Of a DNA stretch of 64,000 nt, positions 26,701 through 40,253 are shown in pieces (position 1 is the first letter of the stretch; each line of letters starts with the position of its first letter). A program made the translations under genes and the position numbers. Below the pieces are notes generated by a model, which saw nothing but the letters and a program-made list of their open reading frames with translations, had not been told where the DNA came from and made no database searches. The DNA comes from Obrimoposthia wandeli (Eukaryota): assembly GCA_977020255.1 (NCBI GenBank), contig CDROCS010005585.1:124001-188000 (forward strand). Direction: 5' to 3'.

Positions 26701-27879
26701 TCGTAAAAATTGTGGTTTTAAATAAATTATAGAATTGTCTTTGATATTTTAAATAATTTAATTACTATATCGAGGTTTTGGCATATTTCATATACTTTTA
26801 TTATACTTATTATAAGCATTTTGTTTTACAGTATATTTTTCATATTCCCTAAAGGTATATATTTATGACTTTTAATAATTCACATGACCGTTTTTGTAAT
26901 TTGATTGAAATTCATTATACAGTTTTTTTGTTCAGTAATTCAGTATCTTTACGAAATTTCAAAACGGATTTTATATTGTTTTGCGCGAAGATTATTTTTC
27001 ATTCTGTTCAGGAATCATTTACATGTAAGCTTGTTTTTTACGTAAAAAGGTTTATTTTCTTTGCAGGCTTGTTTTCAAATTTCTCGGGTTTATGATATTT
27101 GGTCAACAAAGTACTTTACATTGTGATGAAATATAGCCAATTTGTTGTTTTTTGCTGCGAAAGTGTAGTATTTTTAAATGAATTCAATTGTATACTGAAT
27201 CTTGTCACTGAACCAAATTTGACAACATTGTAGGACATAATTTTTTACTTCCATCTGATACATTATATGCAATTTATGGAATAACTAATGCTTATATTTA
27301 TCAAAATAAATCCAAAATGTACATAAACGCCAATTATGATGTTGGAGGAAGAAAACTTCAGTATAGCCAACACACATGGCTTTATCATAACAAACATGTG
27401 TGTAAGCGTATCACAATTTACTTTGAAAATTTTAAATCGAGTAAAATTACCCATCTTCAATTACGGTTCTAATAGATAATAAACACTCGAAAAATGGTTA
27501 ATTAAAATATTTCGATTAGTGTGATTTGTCAATTGCCAAAATTAGAATGATGAAAAACGCTTAATGGAAGCTCGTATAACCTCAATTTCAATTACAAAGG
27601 TTACAAATGTTAGTCCAAAGCATGCAATGGAACACGTTGCAAGGTTATATGCGATATAAATAAGCCATGAACAATAAACATTTAAATAACTGCCGTTTAA
27701 AATAAAAAGTACAATGTGAGTAAAATTAACAACGTATAAAAATGAATGGCCATAAAGCTAAAAGTATTAAAAAATACATAGTGTGATACAATATCCAAAA
27801 ACACTGATAGTATATAAATTGTATATAAAATTATATTTAATAACATTCAATATATAAAAAATACACAGTATTCAAGATT

Positions 27880-28140
27880 GTACAGTTTGCAGTTACAAAT
27901 GACAACTGTTGTATACACAGACCGCTCACAATAGCTTGTTCCAATATTCAGAATAGCTATGTTTGTTGACCTTGAATCGCTGCTTCAATTCTTCAAAATC
28001 ATAATGAACAGACTCCGAGGCTTGCTATTTTCATTGCAAATCAAAACTATTTTTTGTAAGCAGATTACGTCATACTTAAAATTGGGATGCTAGGTATCAC
28101 AAAATCTGGACTAGACTACAGTTTCAAATTAGTGGAATAC
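27880..28140 (-). mobile_element. Tc1/mariner C-terminal remnant
   Basis: Decayed SPD..P and HYDFEELKQR segments near a TA-CAG-type end. Confidence 0.4.
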
Positions 28141-29544
28141 GAAACGTAAGGAAGGACTTCCAATCAAACAATCGCTTCAAGTTTTTTAATTTTGATATTT
28201 TTGTAATGAAAAAATTATAGGTATTTCGAATTTTGGCTATGAACAAATGACCCTATTAAATACCTTATTATTTATTTTAAAATTTTTGTAATCTTTATAA
28301 CTTCGATAAGTAATTAGAAAGGTAAATGGATATTGGTATTTCTACTCGATTTTAAATTGTTATGAAAGACTGAATTGTGTGACATTTTCTCTACAAAATT
28401 CAACTTCATGATGTTTGTTGTATATGTTGAAAAATTACAAATAAAACAAAAACACCCCTGTAAAAGATTTATCCATAACAAAAACAATTTTGTATTAAAG
28501 CCGTTTTGAAAAAGGCTTCAACTATCGTAACAAAAATCAGATTAAAAAGCCATTCATGTGGAATGTTTGGCTACTCCCTGTACATAGTATGGTCACAATA
28601 TTTACAGATAATGGGGAAATCAAAATCAAATCCATTGATAATGAATAAAGGTTTCATTCCTTTTATTATAAAATTGTATTATTGATAAATTTCAGCTGTT
28701 CATACATTTTACTGAGCCTCAGCCAAGCATAGTTAAATACTTGAAATTTATATATTAGAAACAATTGAAATATGATGATTGGTATACAGTAAAAAGTTGA
28801 GATTCATATAAAAAATATGAATATAATGAATAATAAATGATAATGATAGTTCAAATTGATACAATACTGCGTATTATATATCAGAACCGAGGCGATTGTT
28901 TTGGCGGTTAGCAAAATCCAGTGATTTTGCCTAAAATCTCATTTTCATTGCGACACATTTCTTTCTCCGCTTCACCAAATATGCAATCCTGAATCGAAAA
29001 TGGGTGTAAACTGAATCTTTAAATATTTATACTGTTAACATTTTCACATTGAATTATAAGTGATTGTAAAATATTTTAAAATATATTATATTGATTTTTC
29101 AATAGAAAATTAAAATATGCAATATATAACATTAAATTCGAAATTTTATCAACATTTTGGAAATTTATTTTGATATTTAGAATGCATAAAATACAAATTT
29201 TAATACAGTCAACAGTGTATTGATCAACAAGTTTCAGCTCAGAAGGAAAGACTCACAATCAGGTATCTCTGAGTATAAAATTAATCAATTTTAAATCAAG
29301 GTAAATCTTTCTACGATATCATTTTTTAATCCATATCTGCTAAATACGTGTAAAACTTAAAAATTCCTAACTAAACCATCAATTTAATTTTCTTTAAATC
29401 TTAAATAAAACTTTCAAATGAAATTTATTTATAAATAACTAGTTTATACAATCATGTAAATATATAGTTTCCCCATTTGTATTTGTCGGTATGACATGAT
29501 GTGGCTCATTTTAATTTCAACAAAACTAAAAAGAACTTTAAAAA

Positions 29545-29862
29545 AATTACCAGTATTTATATGACAAATTATCGATATTGAATTATCAGCATATCTGCAA
29601 ACTTTGAAGAAATAAAACATTCGTAAAGATTTCGAAAACAAAATCAATCCACAAGTACAAACCAACTCTATCAAAGCAATTCTAATGATCCGCTACCAGA
29701 CAATTTCAATCACAATCAAATTCTCTCTACCTATTCCAATTTCAGTCATAATCTTCCAAATATTTTTTTTGTATTAATAGTTTATGAATATACTAATCAG
29801 TTCACAAATAATATCTTTACTTAAACCGCCAAGCAATCACCAACTACACAAATATACTTTAC
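29545..29862. repeat. Dispersed repeat family 3, copy a (copy b 33245-33565)
   Basis: aattacca.tatttatat...tctgcaaactttgaa...taatcagttcacaaataat...aactaca.aaatatact aligned by eye. Confidence 0.8.
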
Positions 29863-30727
29863 ATTTTGGTATCAGAAAAAAAACTGTATCAACATTTACT
29901 CCCGGCACATCCTATCCTTACTCTAGAGTCAATAAAAATTTGGACACGACTGCTAAACTACCTTTCGACACCGTGTAACCATTTAAGTTTTCATAAAATA
30001 ATATATCCCTCACAAAATTCACACCGGCTAACACATTTCGAGTCACACCTAACGAATATTTTCAGAAAAACAAAAAAGGAACACAGACTCCGACATTTTC
30101 ATTACAACACACATCACCACAAGGAACTAAACCAGCATACTATAATTCTTCTTAGATTAAGACAACACACCCAAAAATGGCTCACTTTAACCTGTTGTAA
30201 CCACATAGTTACTTGCACATTCGAACACAAATATTTTTATTTTTCTCAAAGATACAGGATAAACAATGTATATAATACCCCGAAACATCACATTTACATT
30301 CATTTTATGGTTGTATCAGCAAGTTTCTCAATACATTTTTATAAACTTAAACGACTTTGTTTGTTAATTTTTATACAAGTTAGATTTATATATAATATTT
30401 ATTTCAATAAAAACTTTTAACAAATTCATTAAATTAAGAATTAACTTTATATGATGGCAAATTATTTATGAAATATATAATTTAAACTTTTAAAAATATT
30501 AATTGAAAATATATTTTTTTAAAAATTATGATGTGATCATATTAAATGGAATAAAACAATAAACAAAAATTATTTTTTAGAAACTGTTTACACTTTTACA
30601 ATCAAAAATTTACATAGATTAAAATTATGTATAGTGTTTTATTTAAAAATCGATATTTTAATTAAAATTAATGTTTAGAAAAAATAATTTTACGAATCTA
30701 AAATAAAATTTAAGCATGCAAAAAAAC

Positions 30728-31491
30728 GGTTGTAGGAAAAAATGGCAATGGAAATAATGGCAATGGAAAAAATGGCAAAGATAAAATATTATTTTTGTTT
30801 TTGTTATTATAAATATTTTAACTAAAAAGAAGTATAAAAATGATGCCTTGAAGTCACAACAAATGTATACAGTAGTTCATAAGACTTACAGCAAAAATTA
30901 CTAATTGCGCTTTTCAAAGAGTGGCTTCTGTAACATATTTAGATATTAGGCAGCGAATTGATTATTTGTTAAAATAAATTTGTTAAGTACATGTATGTGT
31001 CAATATTTAAAAAACATGAAGCCATGAAGTCATAATCACAGTAAATTTAGATAACAAATGCACCAACAATAACTAATTGCACTTCTGAAAGAGTGGCTTC
31101 TCTCAAATCTCAAATGTAGGCAATCTCAAATTGTAACCAAGTGGTTGATGAGTGAACTATTGGCCTAAATGCTATCTACATGTTGATAGGATGTTCTCGA
31201 AGACTGCATAGTAATATTAATGTTCATGTGTGAATAATATTAAACATGTGCTTTTGGTTATATATAATGTGTAAATAAAATGGCATAACTGTACAATATT
31301 TTAATGTAAATAAATGTGAGAACAACAAATGTATCTTTGTTTATAATAATTTTTTGGTTTTACTTATTAATTTATTTTATTTTTTATAAAATTAAATAAG
31401 TTTGCCATTTCTTCCATATTTTGCATATTGCCATTTTTCCAATGCCATTTTTTCCATTGCCATTATTTCCATTGCCATTTTTTCCGTACCC
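30728..31491. mobile_element. Non-autonomous foldback element (Mutator-like) with TIRs built of tandem 15-mers
   Basis: Left GG..GGAAAAAATGGCAATGGAAATAATGGCAATGGAAAAAATGGCA inverted at 31428-31491; flanks caaaaaaac / caaaaaaaac resemble a 9-10 bp TSD. Confidence 0.75.
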
Positions 31492-31684
31492 CAAAAAAAA
31501 CATACGACATTTTAGAAACTTAGAAACAAAAACATTTTAATCTAAGTTTTTTTCTATTAAAATATTTTTACGTTGAAGGCGTTTACTTCAGTATAAACAA
31601 GACTGATTTTCATCATTGACAAAAATTTTGTGTATTTTTTTTTATATTTAGATTTATTTACAGATTTGCATTTTTTAAATTGAT

Positions 31685-32281
31685 TATGGAAAGTTTTATA
31701 CCAAGTGGAAAGAAGAACTAGAAAGTTATCCTGTTTAGTCCATTATTGAATTGATTGATTGTGACAGTTTTATGTCAAGTGTAAAGAAGAAACTTTTAAT
31801 TGTAGCTATTCGAATTGTAGCTATGAATACAGATTCTTTTTTCATTGATTGTGTAAATATTACAAAGGATACATTACTTAACGAAATGATTAAGGGTGGG
31901 TATTTAGATACGAGTAATTATCCTAAAACACATGCCCTCTATTCAGAAAACTTTAAAGCTGTAATTGGAAAATTTAAAGATGAAAGTGAGAGTATTGATT
32001 ATAATGAGTGGGTTTTCTTAAAATCAAAATGTTACTCACTTCAAAATAAATTAAAGGCTAAGGGTATTTCTTTAAAACAAACTAATTTAAGATATCAAGA
32101 CTACCTCAATTGCTATGAAAATGAAGAAATTATTAGTGTTAACCAGTCACGTATTGCATCGGTTAACCATCAGCTTCATACAACGTTTATCTCTAAAGTT
32201 GCTTTAAAATGTTTTGATGATAAAATATGATGGGTTAGTAAGAATAAAAATCAAGCTTATGGTCATTACAGTTTAAACTAA
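31685..32281 (+). mobile_element. Polinton/Maverick protein-primed DNA polymerase B, C-terminal pseudogene fragment
   Basis: MNTDSF, LDTSNYPKTHALYS..KAVIGKFKDE, FLKSKCYS, KAKGI, NHQLHT..SKVAL..FDDK; in-frame TGA at 32228 followed by WVSKNKNQAYGHY. Confidence 0.88.
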
Positions 32282-33244
32282 CAAATGTTATTTGTGAATA
32301 GTATATTTAATCAATATTAAAAAAATTATCTATATAGATTTTGTTGTCCGATTTTATATTTGATGTCGTTGTATAATATTATTATTTTCATTTGTATCTT
32401 ATTACACACACTTTCATTTGTATATATTACATATTTTGTCTTTAATTGATTTATTTTATTATTTACGATTAATTTGATTATTTTACCAATAATATTGAAG
32501 TTAGGTTATTATACAATTTATAAACTTTAGTTTTTAAAATCATTTTATCATGACTTCTCATTTAAGAACTTTGGATATGTTATGTTCTATTCGTATTAAC
32601 CCCAAATAAGGCATCTTAAAACTATATACAAATCAATACTTTTACATTTATTGTGCTCCATAACTTTCTAAAGCTAGGATTTAAGAATTATTTAATTATC
32701 TTAATCGTAGGAATTTATTTTTAATTTAATTTTAAATATTTTTTAGCTATGGGAAATATCCAGTATTATCATCATCATAATGCTCCATTTTGTAATCATA
32801 TGAATAAATGATTTTAGTTGTTAAAATGTTTTTTATTATAAAATATTATAAAATCTTTATTCATCGCTTAAGGTACTGCCCGATCATGAAGGGATCCACT
32901 CTTAGGAGGCTCCGTAAGGGAGACTTTGGCCATTTTTAAAATAGATAAGTCTTAACAAAAAAATCGCAAAAAATCATAAGATTAAAAAAAAATATACTTG
33001 TTAAAAAGCGCGAAATTTAAAAATTCATAAAGTCTCTAAATAATGCATACTGAAACTTTACAGTATAACCACTAATCAAGACCACAACGGGCACATATTC
33101 AAATCCTTCAGAACACACATAACTCACATTTATAAACTGAATGATTGAACTATGTCATAAGAGCATCATTAAATCAAGTCAAAAAATTCAATATAGCCAA
33201 TTTAAATATGAAACTAAAAGAAAATTAAATTAATTCATAAAATT

Positions 33245-33565
33245 AATTACCAATATTTATATAAGCCAATTATTGATATTGAATTAGCAGCGTGTCTGCA
33301 AACTTTGAAAACATTATAAAATTTTAAAAAATCGACATCAAAAATAATCTACAACTACAAACCAATTCTCTCAAAGCAATTCAAATAATTTGCTACCACA
33401 CAATTCCAATCAAAATCAAATTCACTCAAACAATTCAAGTTTCAGTCCTAAACATAGAAACAATTTGTTCATGTATTATTAGTTAATAAATATATTAATC
33501 AGTTCACAAATAATCTCTTTACTCTAACTGCCCAACGATCACAAACTACAAAAATATACTTAACA
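33245..33565. repeat. Dispersed repeat family 3, copy b
   Basis: Matches 29545-29862 in the same orientation. Confidence 0.8.
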
Positions 33566-35689
33566 ATATAAGTTATATTAACAATTAAGCTACATTTTTT
33601 TATATAAATGTTGGGACTAGAGTTCTTTCATTTCTTATGGAAGCGTATAGTTAATGAGTACGTAACTGTGTATAAATTGTGTGAAATGCCTATATTGTGT
33701 AGTCTCAAAATCTGAGGTTTAGTGGTTACATTTTGTCCATGTCTTGTTTATTTCGCCAATCGGATCAATCAGTTATTTTCTGGAATTCCCACAATTTTCT
33801 TATCTTATCGCTGATTTGTTGTTGCCTGTCTACAAATATATTGCTGATGTGGTGCCTCAGGTGACTTTGACTAATATAATCAGCCCAGATCATATGAGGT
33901 TAATGAACTGTCTTTTAGAATTAATAAAGTTTTTATCTGTATTTTAATAATGTAATTTATTTTGTCACTAACATGGCCTTTAATTAAGCCAATTTTTATT
34001 AACTATGTTTCTGGATCTCAACATTAACAAAACTAAAGTTAATACTATTAATGCTTTTGAATTATATGAAGTGGAAATTAATTTTTGTAATATTTATTTA
34101 TATAACAAATATTATAAACTTTAAAAATTTATTCTATATTCAAACTGAAATTTACATTTAACCTATTTAAAATAACAGTTTAAAATAACTTAAATAAGCA
34201 TAGCATTTGAAATAATACAAACTAATACATACAGTTACTAAATATCAATCAAAACTTTGTCGTAAATGTACTATTTTTAACCTAAAAATGATTTGGAATG
34301 AAAAATATCGCTTGTGATTATTTTGTTGTAAAGTCATCATTATGAAATGCCGCTTAAGTGTTGGTGTGAGTTTTATCCATCCGAGCTATAGAAACTTTGA
34401 CATTATGTGTATCCAAACAGATTATTGAAATACTTGAATAAGCTTATAACAATCTGATTAGGCGTTGAGGCCTGTTTAAATATGTTTAATTATAAAAATA
34501 TGTTAAAATAATTGATATTTTATTTACTGTCGACATCAAATATAATTTATAACTTTATTTTGTAGTTATATACTTAATTGCAAATTTAAATAAATATTAC
34601 TAAAATGCTAAAATTAATTAGAGATTCTTTAATATTTCTTATTGTTAGAATATTTTATGATTTATATTTGAATATTTTAGTTTTTAGTAAATAGTTTCAG
34701 TTTTATTTAATAATTTTCAGATGACATTGATTTGAAAGTTATTTTATAAAATACTCTATTTATTTACATTTATTGTATAATACTGTTAATTATTTATGTG
34801 ATAATTAATATTAAATGAATGTCTAATTATCAACTAATTTGGACTTAGTTTATCCTACAAAGCACTATTTTGTATCAGATATATTTTATAAGAATATTGA
34901 TTTGTAGAATTTATAACATAACTCCCTAAACTTCGATTTATTTATTATTGACTTTGTTATGCTTCTTATTACTGTACTATAAGTGTTTGATAAATGATTC
35001 CAGTAAGAGTCTCACTATTTTTGATTTCATTATGCAATCTTTATGAAACTATATCTCTTTATTTGTTTGGGACCTTTCTCATATCCATTTACGGTTATGT
35101 TTTATAGAATTATTTATCATTAGAATAAATACATATTAATATAATTCGAGAAAACTTACAATAAATTCAAATGTCCTTATAATTTTTACACAACTTTAAC
35201 AAATATTTGGAACAAATTATATATGCTATAGTTAATTTTATGCTAAAAATATATTATTAATGGGTGGTAGTTTTTTATAAATTTACTTTAGATAATTGAA
35301 ATAAAATCCGAAATAAAAAAATTAGAACGTTTTATTTTTTAAATATAACGTTACTTTTCCAGATGAAAATTTTATACTGATTTCAAATATGTTCATAACT
35401 TATTTTCAGATAGTTTTGTCTGCGAGAAAATTAATTTTTCATAAATTATATGTAAATAATTACCTTTGAACAGTAAAATATACTTCATTTATAAAACATA
35501 CTTCTTTCAGAATATAAAAGAAAAACTACATAACTTTTCTATCTTGGTGGAACCTTTCCTCTGGCTCCTCACTAAAATCATCTAGATTTAACATAAAATA
35601 GTCTAAATAACTGTATAATAAAATAAATTTAACACTCATATTACATTTCAATTCCCGAAAGCTTATCGATAAATATGTGATGAGTTCAT

Positions 35690-36130
35690 CATTATTATTT
35701 GCTGTAACAATTTAAAGGACATTTATAACTGGTGAAGCATCTTTTCTATTAACTTCATTGTCATAGGAAATTCTTTATCTTTCATAAAAAGTTTGAATTG
35801 TGAATCATCAAACACGCCTGCTTTAATTGTTTTATCACTTAAAAACTCTTTTTCCTTGACAATATTTTTAAAAAATTCTCCATTTTCGTTTAAAGATTTT
35901 ACAAACTATTTCATTAGTACAAGTTTAATATGGAGAGGTGGAAGCAATACTCGATTGGAATTAACCTAATGTTCATCGATAATATTTTATGTTAACTGTC
36001 CTCATGGTAAATTTAAACCGAATTAATATATTTCTAAGTAGGTTGATTAAATTTTCGGTTGGTATCCATTCTGATTGCTTCTTTGAAGAATACCCCTAAT
36101 GATTGTCAGTCACCACTGCAACCGGAAAAA
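35690..36130 (-). mobile_element. CMC-superfamily (Chapaev3-like) transposase remnant
   Basis: VLLPPLHIKLVLMK*FVKSL...LSDKTIKAGVFDDSQFK..MKDKEF matches the LPPLHIKLGLMKQFVKAL family; superfamily label from memory. Confidence 0.65.
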
Positions 36131-36548
36131 TAATAGGTGCTAAATCAGCGTAAGCTATGAAATGCACATTTTATTTACTTAGTTATTTTAAATAATTTCA
36201 GAGTTTTCTTAAATAAACAGTTTTTAAAACAATTTTTGTTAAACTAGACTTTTAGTTAGATCTAGATTCCCTTAATATGTCACCCAGTTCCGCGGAAAAT
36301 TTATAATGAAAATGTTAGTGGCCTTAATCAATTTAAAGGGCATATTATAAATGTCTAAATTCCTAAATTAGCAATACAAATATTTTATAATTATTTATAA
36401 TTATTATAAAGAAAATTGAATTCTAACTAACTGCTACACTTGTCTATTTATGTTATACGAAATATGATTTCGTAAAGAAAATAAAAAATGAATGAAATCA
36501 GAATCTAAATATAATTGCAGAATAATAATGACAGTTATTTTCATTACA

Positions 36549-37027
36549 AAGTCTCACGAATAGGAAGAATAGTCATATATGTTGTGTACTCGATTACACA
36601 ATTCTTCAGACGAAAAATATGTTTTCTCTTTTCTGAAAACTACTTTTATAGATAAATTCAAAGTAAATATAAGTGCTTTGACAGAGGGAATGGCCAATTT
36701 TATGAAAAATTTATATTATTGAAATTTATCAAACTATGAATATATTGTATACATTATTTATCTGGATTTGAAAATGGCGCCAAATAATCCAATGTAGAAG
36801 AGTGCATATTTGTTGTCGTCAACTTTGACAGCTAACTTCCTGTAAATACAGAGACATAAGATCAGTTTTGTGATGTTTATTTCCAGTAAGAAGTCTCACG
36901 AAAAGGAAGAATAATCAAATAGGTTGTGTCTTTGATTGCACCATTCTTCAGACAAAATTCCCAAGAATATCTTTTCTCTTTTCTGTGAAAAATTTTAAAA
37001 CTACTTTTGAAGTTAAATTCAAAGTAA
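36549..37027. repeat. Local direct duplication (36549-36668 and 36891-37027)
   Basis: aagtctcacgaa.aggaagaata...ttcttcagac...aactactttt...aattcaaagtaaa present twice. Confidence 0.8.
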
Positions 37028-39989
37028 AAATCTCAAAGCGTTGAATTAAGGTTATTTGTTTCGATTTGATAAATAACTTTTTATTTGAAATTTTACAATC
37101 ATTGAGTTACACAATATGATAAGAAAAATAGCCTGGCTCTCAACTTTATTATGTCTTTGTATTTTTAACAAATTTAAATTTCATAACTTAATTATTCGGT
37201 TTTTCTCAGCCCACAAAGATGATTCACAACAAAAAAACCATTCACATTATATTATGAGTTAGGATGAGTTTTTTGTGCAACATGTACACTTGGAACCTTA
37301 AGGATATCATTTATGATACATTACATAATATCTTAAAACAATTTCACTACCACAATACTTAAATCAAACATTGGACAATCAAAATAAACGCTCAAATTAT
37401 TTATTCAGTTTTAAATATATGACGAAGAAAGATTTCTGTAAATTAGACTTAAATGTTCAAAATTAATTTTGAATATTCAATTAATATTTTATGAACTGTA
37501 TGATTTTTGTCTGAGCTTGTGACCCATCATCAACAACTACATCAATTGTAGAACAGTTGTATATACCTGGATCCCGATATGCTGCATAATCATAGAAAAC
37601 AAATGGGCGTATCTCCTTGAGCACAATGTACACAGAAGCCCCAGGGGCTAAGGTATGGCTACTTGATTTGAAAAAAGCATGCATCAAGAGCATCCAGAGA
37701 ATACGTGATGACATGACCAGGTAAAGCTAATAAAAGGAAGGGTCAGGAATGAGCTAGAAAGTAGTGACTGTTAGTTTCAAAATGTTTCATACGAGACACT
37801 CGATGGAGTCGATGAAGCAAGCGAGTAGGGCTCCAGAAAGACGGGTTATGCTACAAGTACAGCAAGGAAAAGAAAGACACAGATGTATAACAACAGGAAC
37901 TATGATATTTGGACAGGACATGCGCTCCATTGCTGACCTTTACCTGAAACTTGTGTAGGCACTCTTCCTTTGGAGTTGGTTCAGATGGGATGGGGTTCAA
38001 CTACAACAGCAGCCATGAGAGCATCAGTAACAAACTCCATAGGAGCTGCATAAATAACAACTGGAAGATCAGCAATATCAACCGAATATGGAAAAGATGC
38101 AGAAGATAATTTTCCCCATTTTTCAGAGACAACAGGAGGCTGTTGTGAGGCCAATAGTATGGGAGAAGAAAATTATTGTTCCCGACAAAATAAAAATTTT
38201 AAATGATAAAATATTTCATATCAAAAAAAAATTTAGTACGGATAATAATTTTTTATTTGAGGAAAATAGGTAAACGAAAGTTTTCTGTTGGTATCAATAA
38301 AATTAGAGAATTTAAGTATCTCATGGCTGAATGATTTGATTCAACTATTTTCCAACAATTTTGATGACTGCAGAATTATGAATGAGATGATTTCCGCTCC
38401 AATTTGGCATTTCTTCATTTTACCAACAAAGAAAACATTTTTTGATGGTTTTATTTTGAATAAATAAGAGTCTGTTTACGATTGAATTACTATACTAAAA
38501 TGTTTTTTGTTTTTTTTGTATATTTTTTGACGTTTTATTCTTAATCACAAATATTTTTTAAATATATCGTATATCCAAATCTTAACCGATGGTGATATAA
38601 ATAACACTCAGGGATGATATATACCCATATATCCCATTTTGACAATGTATGCAGACACATTTGATTTGTAAACTGTAATTGTCATATATTTAACTATTTC
38701 AGAATTTTTGCAGAATTCTAGACAATATTTTGAATATCGAGTGCATTATTTTTGATCTATCCGAATATTAACAAAATACATTAAAATGTAGTTTTAATTA
38801 ATTTGTTGACCTTTTAACAAAAGAAAGTTTACACAATAATACAACGTTTCAAGATAACCACAAATTCTGGCTGAAATATTACTTATTTATATTATCTTAT
38901 TTTAGAGTAATTTATGAAATGCTAATAAGCATTATGCTAAAATATCATTGTTTATAAGAATTTCAACATTTATTATATCATTAATAATAATGGAATTTCA
39001 CTAAACGATTTTTTACAAACATTTAATACATTATTTTGTCAAAGAACCGAAATCATTTTCTAAAATTTTGCACTATTTTTTTCACCTTTATATTTTGTTC
39101 AAAATATACTGAGTGTACCATAGCGAACCATATCTCAATCAAAAAAGTAATGATAAAATAGTAATATAATAAAGAGTTATAATAAAAGTTCTACAAAATA
39201 ATAAATTAGTAAATAATTAATAGTTTATTTATACACCTTGATAGCAACACAGCTCACCAGACACCAAACTAATTGCTTCAGAAATTTTCAATATCTCTGT
39301 AATTACCAGTTTCATAAAAATTCTTCAAAATAAAAATTCTTGATTATAAAATCACTTCTCATTTTATAATAACGAAAAAGGCAGCTACATGAAGAAAATA
39401 ATCTGTAATGTGTTCATAGCCTGCCAAATATTCAGTATTCTGAAGTGTTATTTTATTACAATTTTATAAAATTAATGACCAAAATTATAATAAATATTAA
39501 GTTAAAGTTCACAATAACCCAGAATGTAATAAAAATAAGATATTTGAAATCAGCTGAATTTCTCATATTATAGAATAGGTACAATCTTAAAAGCTCACAA
39601 GTCATCACCTCGTTTACATGTTATGGATAATTCTGAAATAACATAATGCACTAAATATAAAAAGAAACTTGCTTAGAAAATATCTAAATGATTTTTTAAA
39701 AATTGTGTAAGAAGATTTTTTTATTTAGGAATTTTGTTCTTCATCAATAATTTGCAAGAACAAAACATTACACTTTGATAAAGTTACTCTATGTTTATTA
39801 TCGATTTAAAATTCAACAGTTCGAACTCGTTTTATTTTGAGTACTGTTTTCATTTCTTATTATTTTTCTCGTACTAATTTAATATTTTTATTTTTTAACT
39901 GTTAGATTCACCGCTTCAAAACTTCAGTGTTCAGCTTAAGTTGAGAAAAATAAAAGGCGACAAACACGTTTAATTTTATATTGAAATTG

Positions 39990-39995
39990 TTTATT
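39990..39995 (-). promoter_or_regulatory. Candidate polyadenylation signal (AATAAA) of RNase T2-A
   Basis: AATAAA 36 nt after the TGA on the minus strand; common motif in AT-rich DNA. Confidence 0.45.
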
Positions 39996-40031
39996 GTTGG
40001 GCAATAGTCATTCGTGGAAGAACATATAGCC

Positions 40032-40253
40032 TCAAATCAAAGGAAGAATGAATGGCTTGTCGCTACATGGAGCCACAGAGTATTTACGCTGCGAGTGCAT
40101 CCTTGCTTGGATAGCCTGAAACAACTCGTGGATGGCATTCTTCATGGGGTCCAATTTGATGTCTGCTCGCTGACGTTTGTTGTCACTGGAGCAAACCTCC
40201 ATCTGCAGCGCTCTGCTGACACAAAACTCGATGGCGTATAAGTACAGTTTATT
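40032..40253 (-). CDS. RNASET2: RNase T2-A exon 9 (last)
   Basis: ccttccag|AAT AAA; NKLYLYAIEFCVSRALQMEVC...PCSDKPFILPLI*. Confidence 0.9.
   Translation of the reverse strand, partial: NKLYLYAIEFCVSRALQMEVCSSDNKRQRADIKLDPMKNAIHELFQAIQARMHSQRKYSVAPCSDKPFILPLI

Noticed and set aside
25700-30420. Numerous 60-184 aa AT-rich ORFs in the track (e.g. 29866..30420)
   Set aside because: Biased F/I/K/N/Y/H composition, no splice context or recognisable domain; partly overlap repeat family 3.
37480-38200. GC-richer block with short ORFs on both strands
   Set aside because: All frames are interrupted; only faint gag/RT-like words (GLCYK, LLDLKKA). Likely a retroelement fossil, too weak to call.
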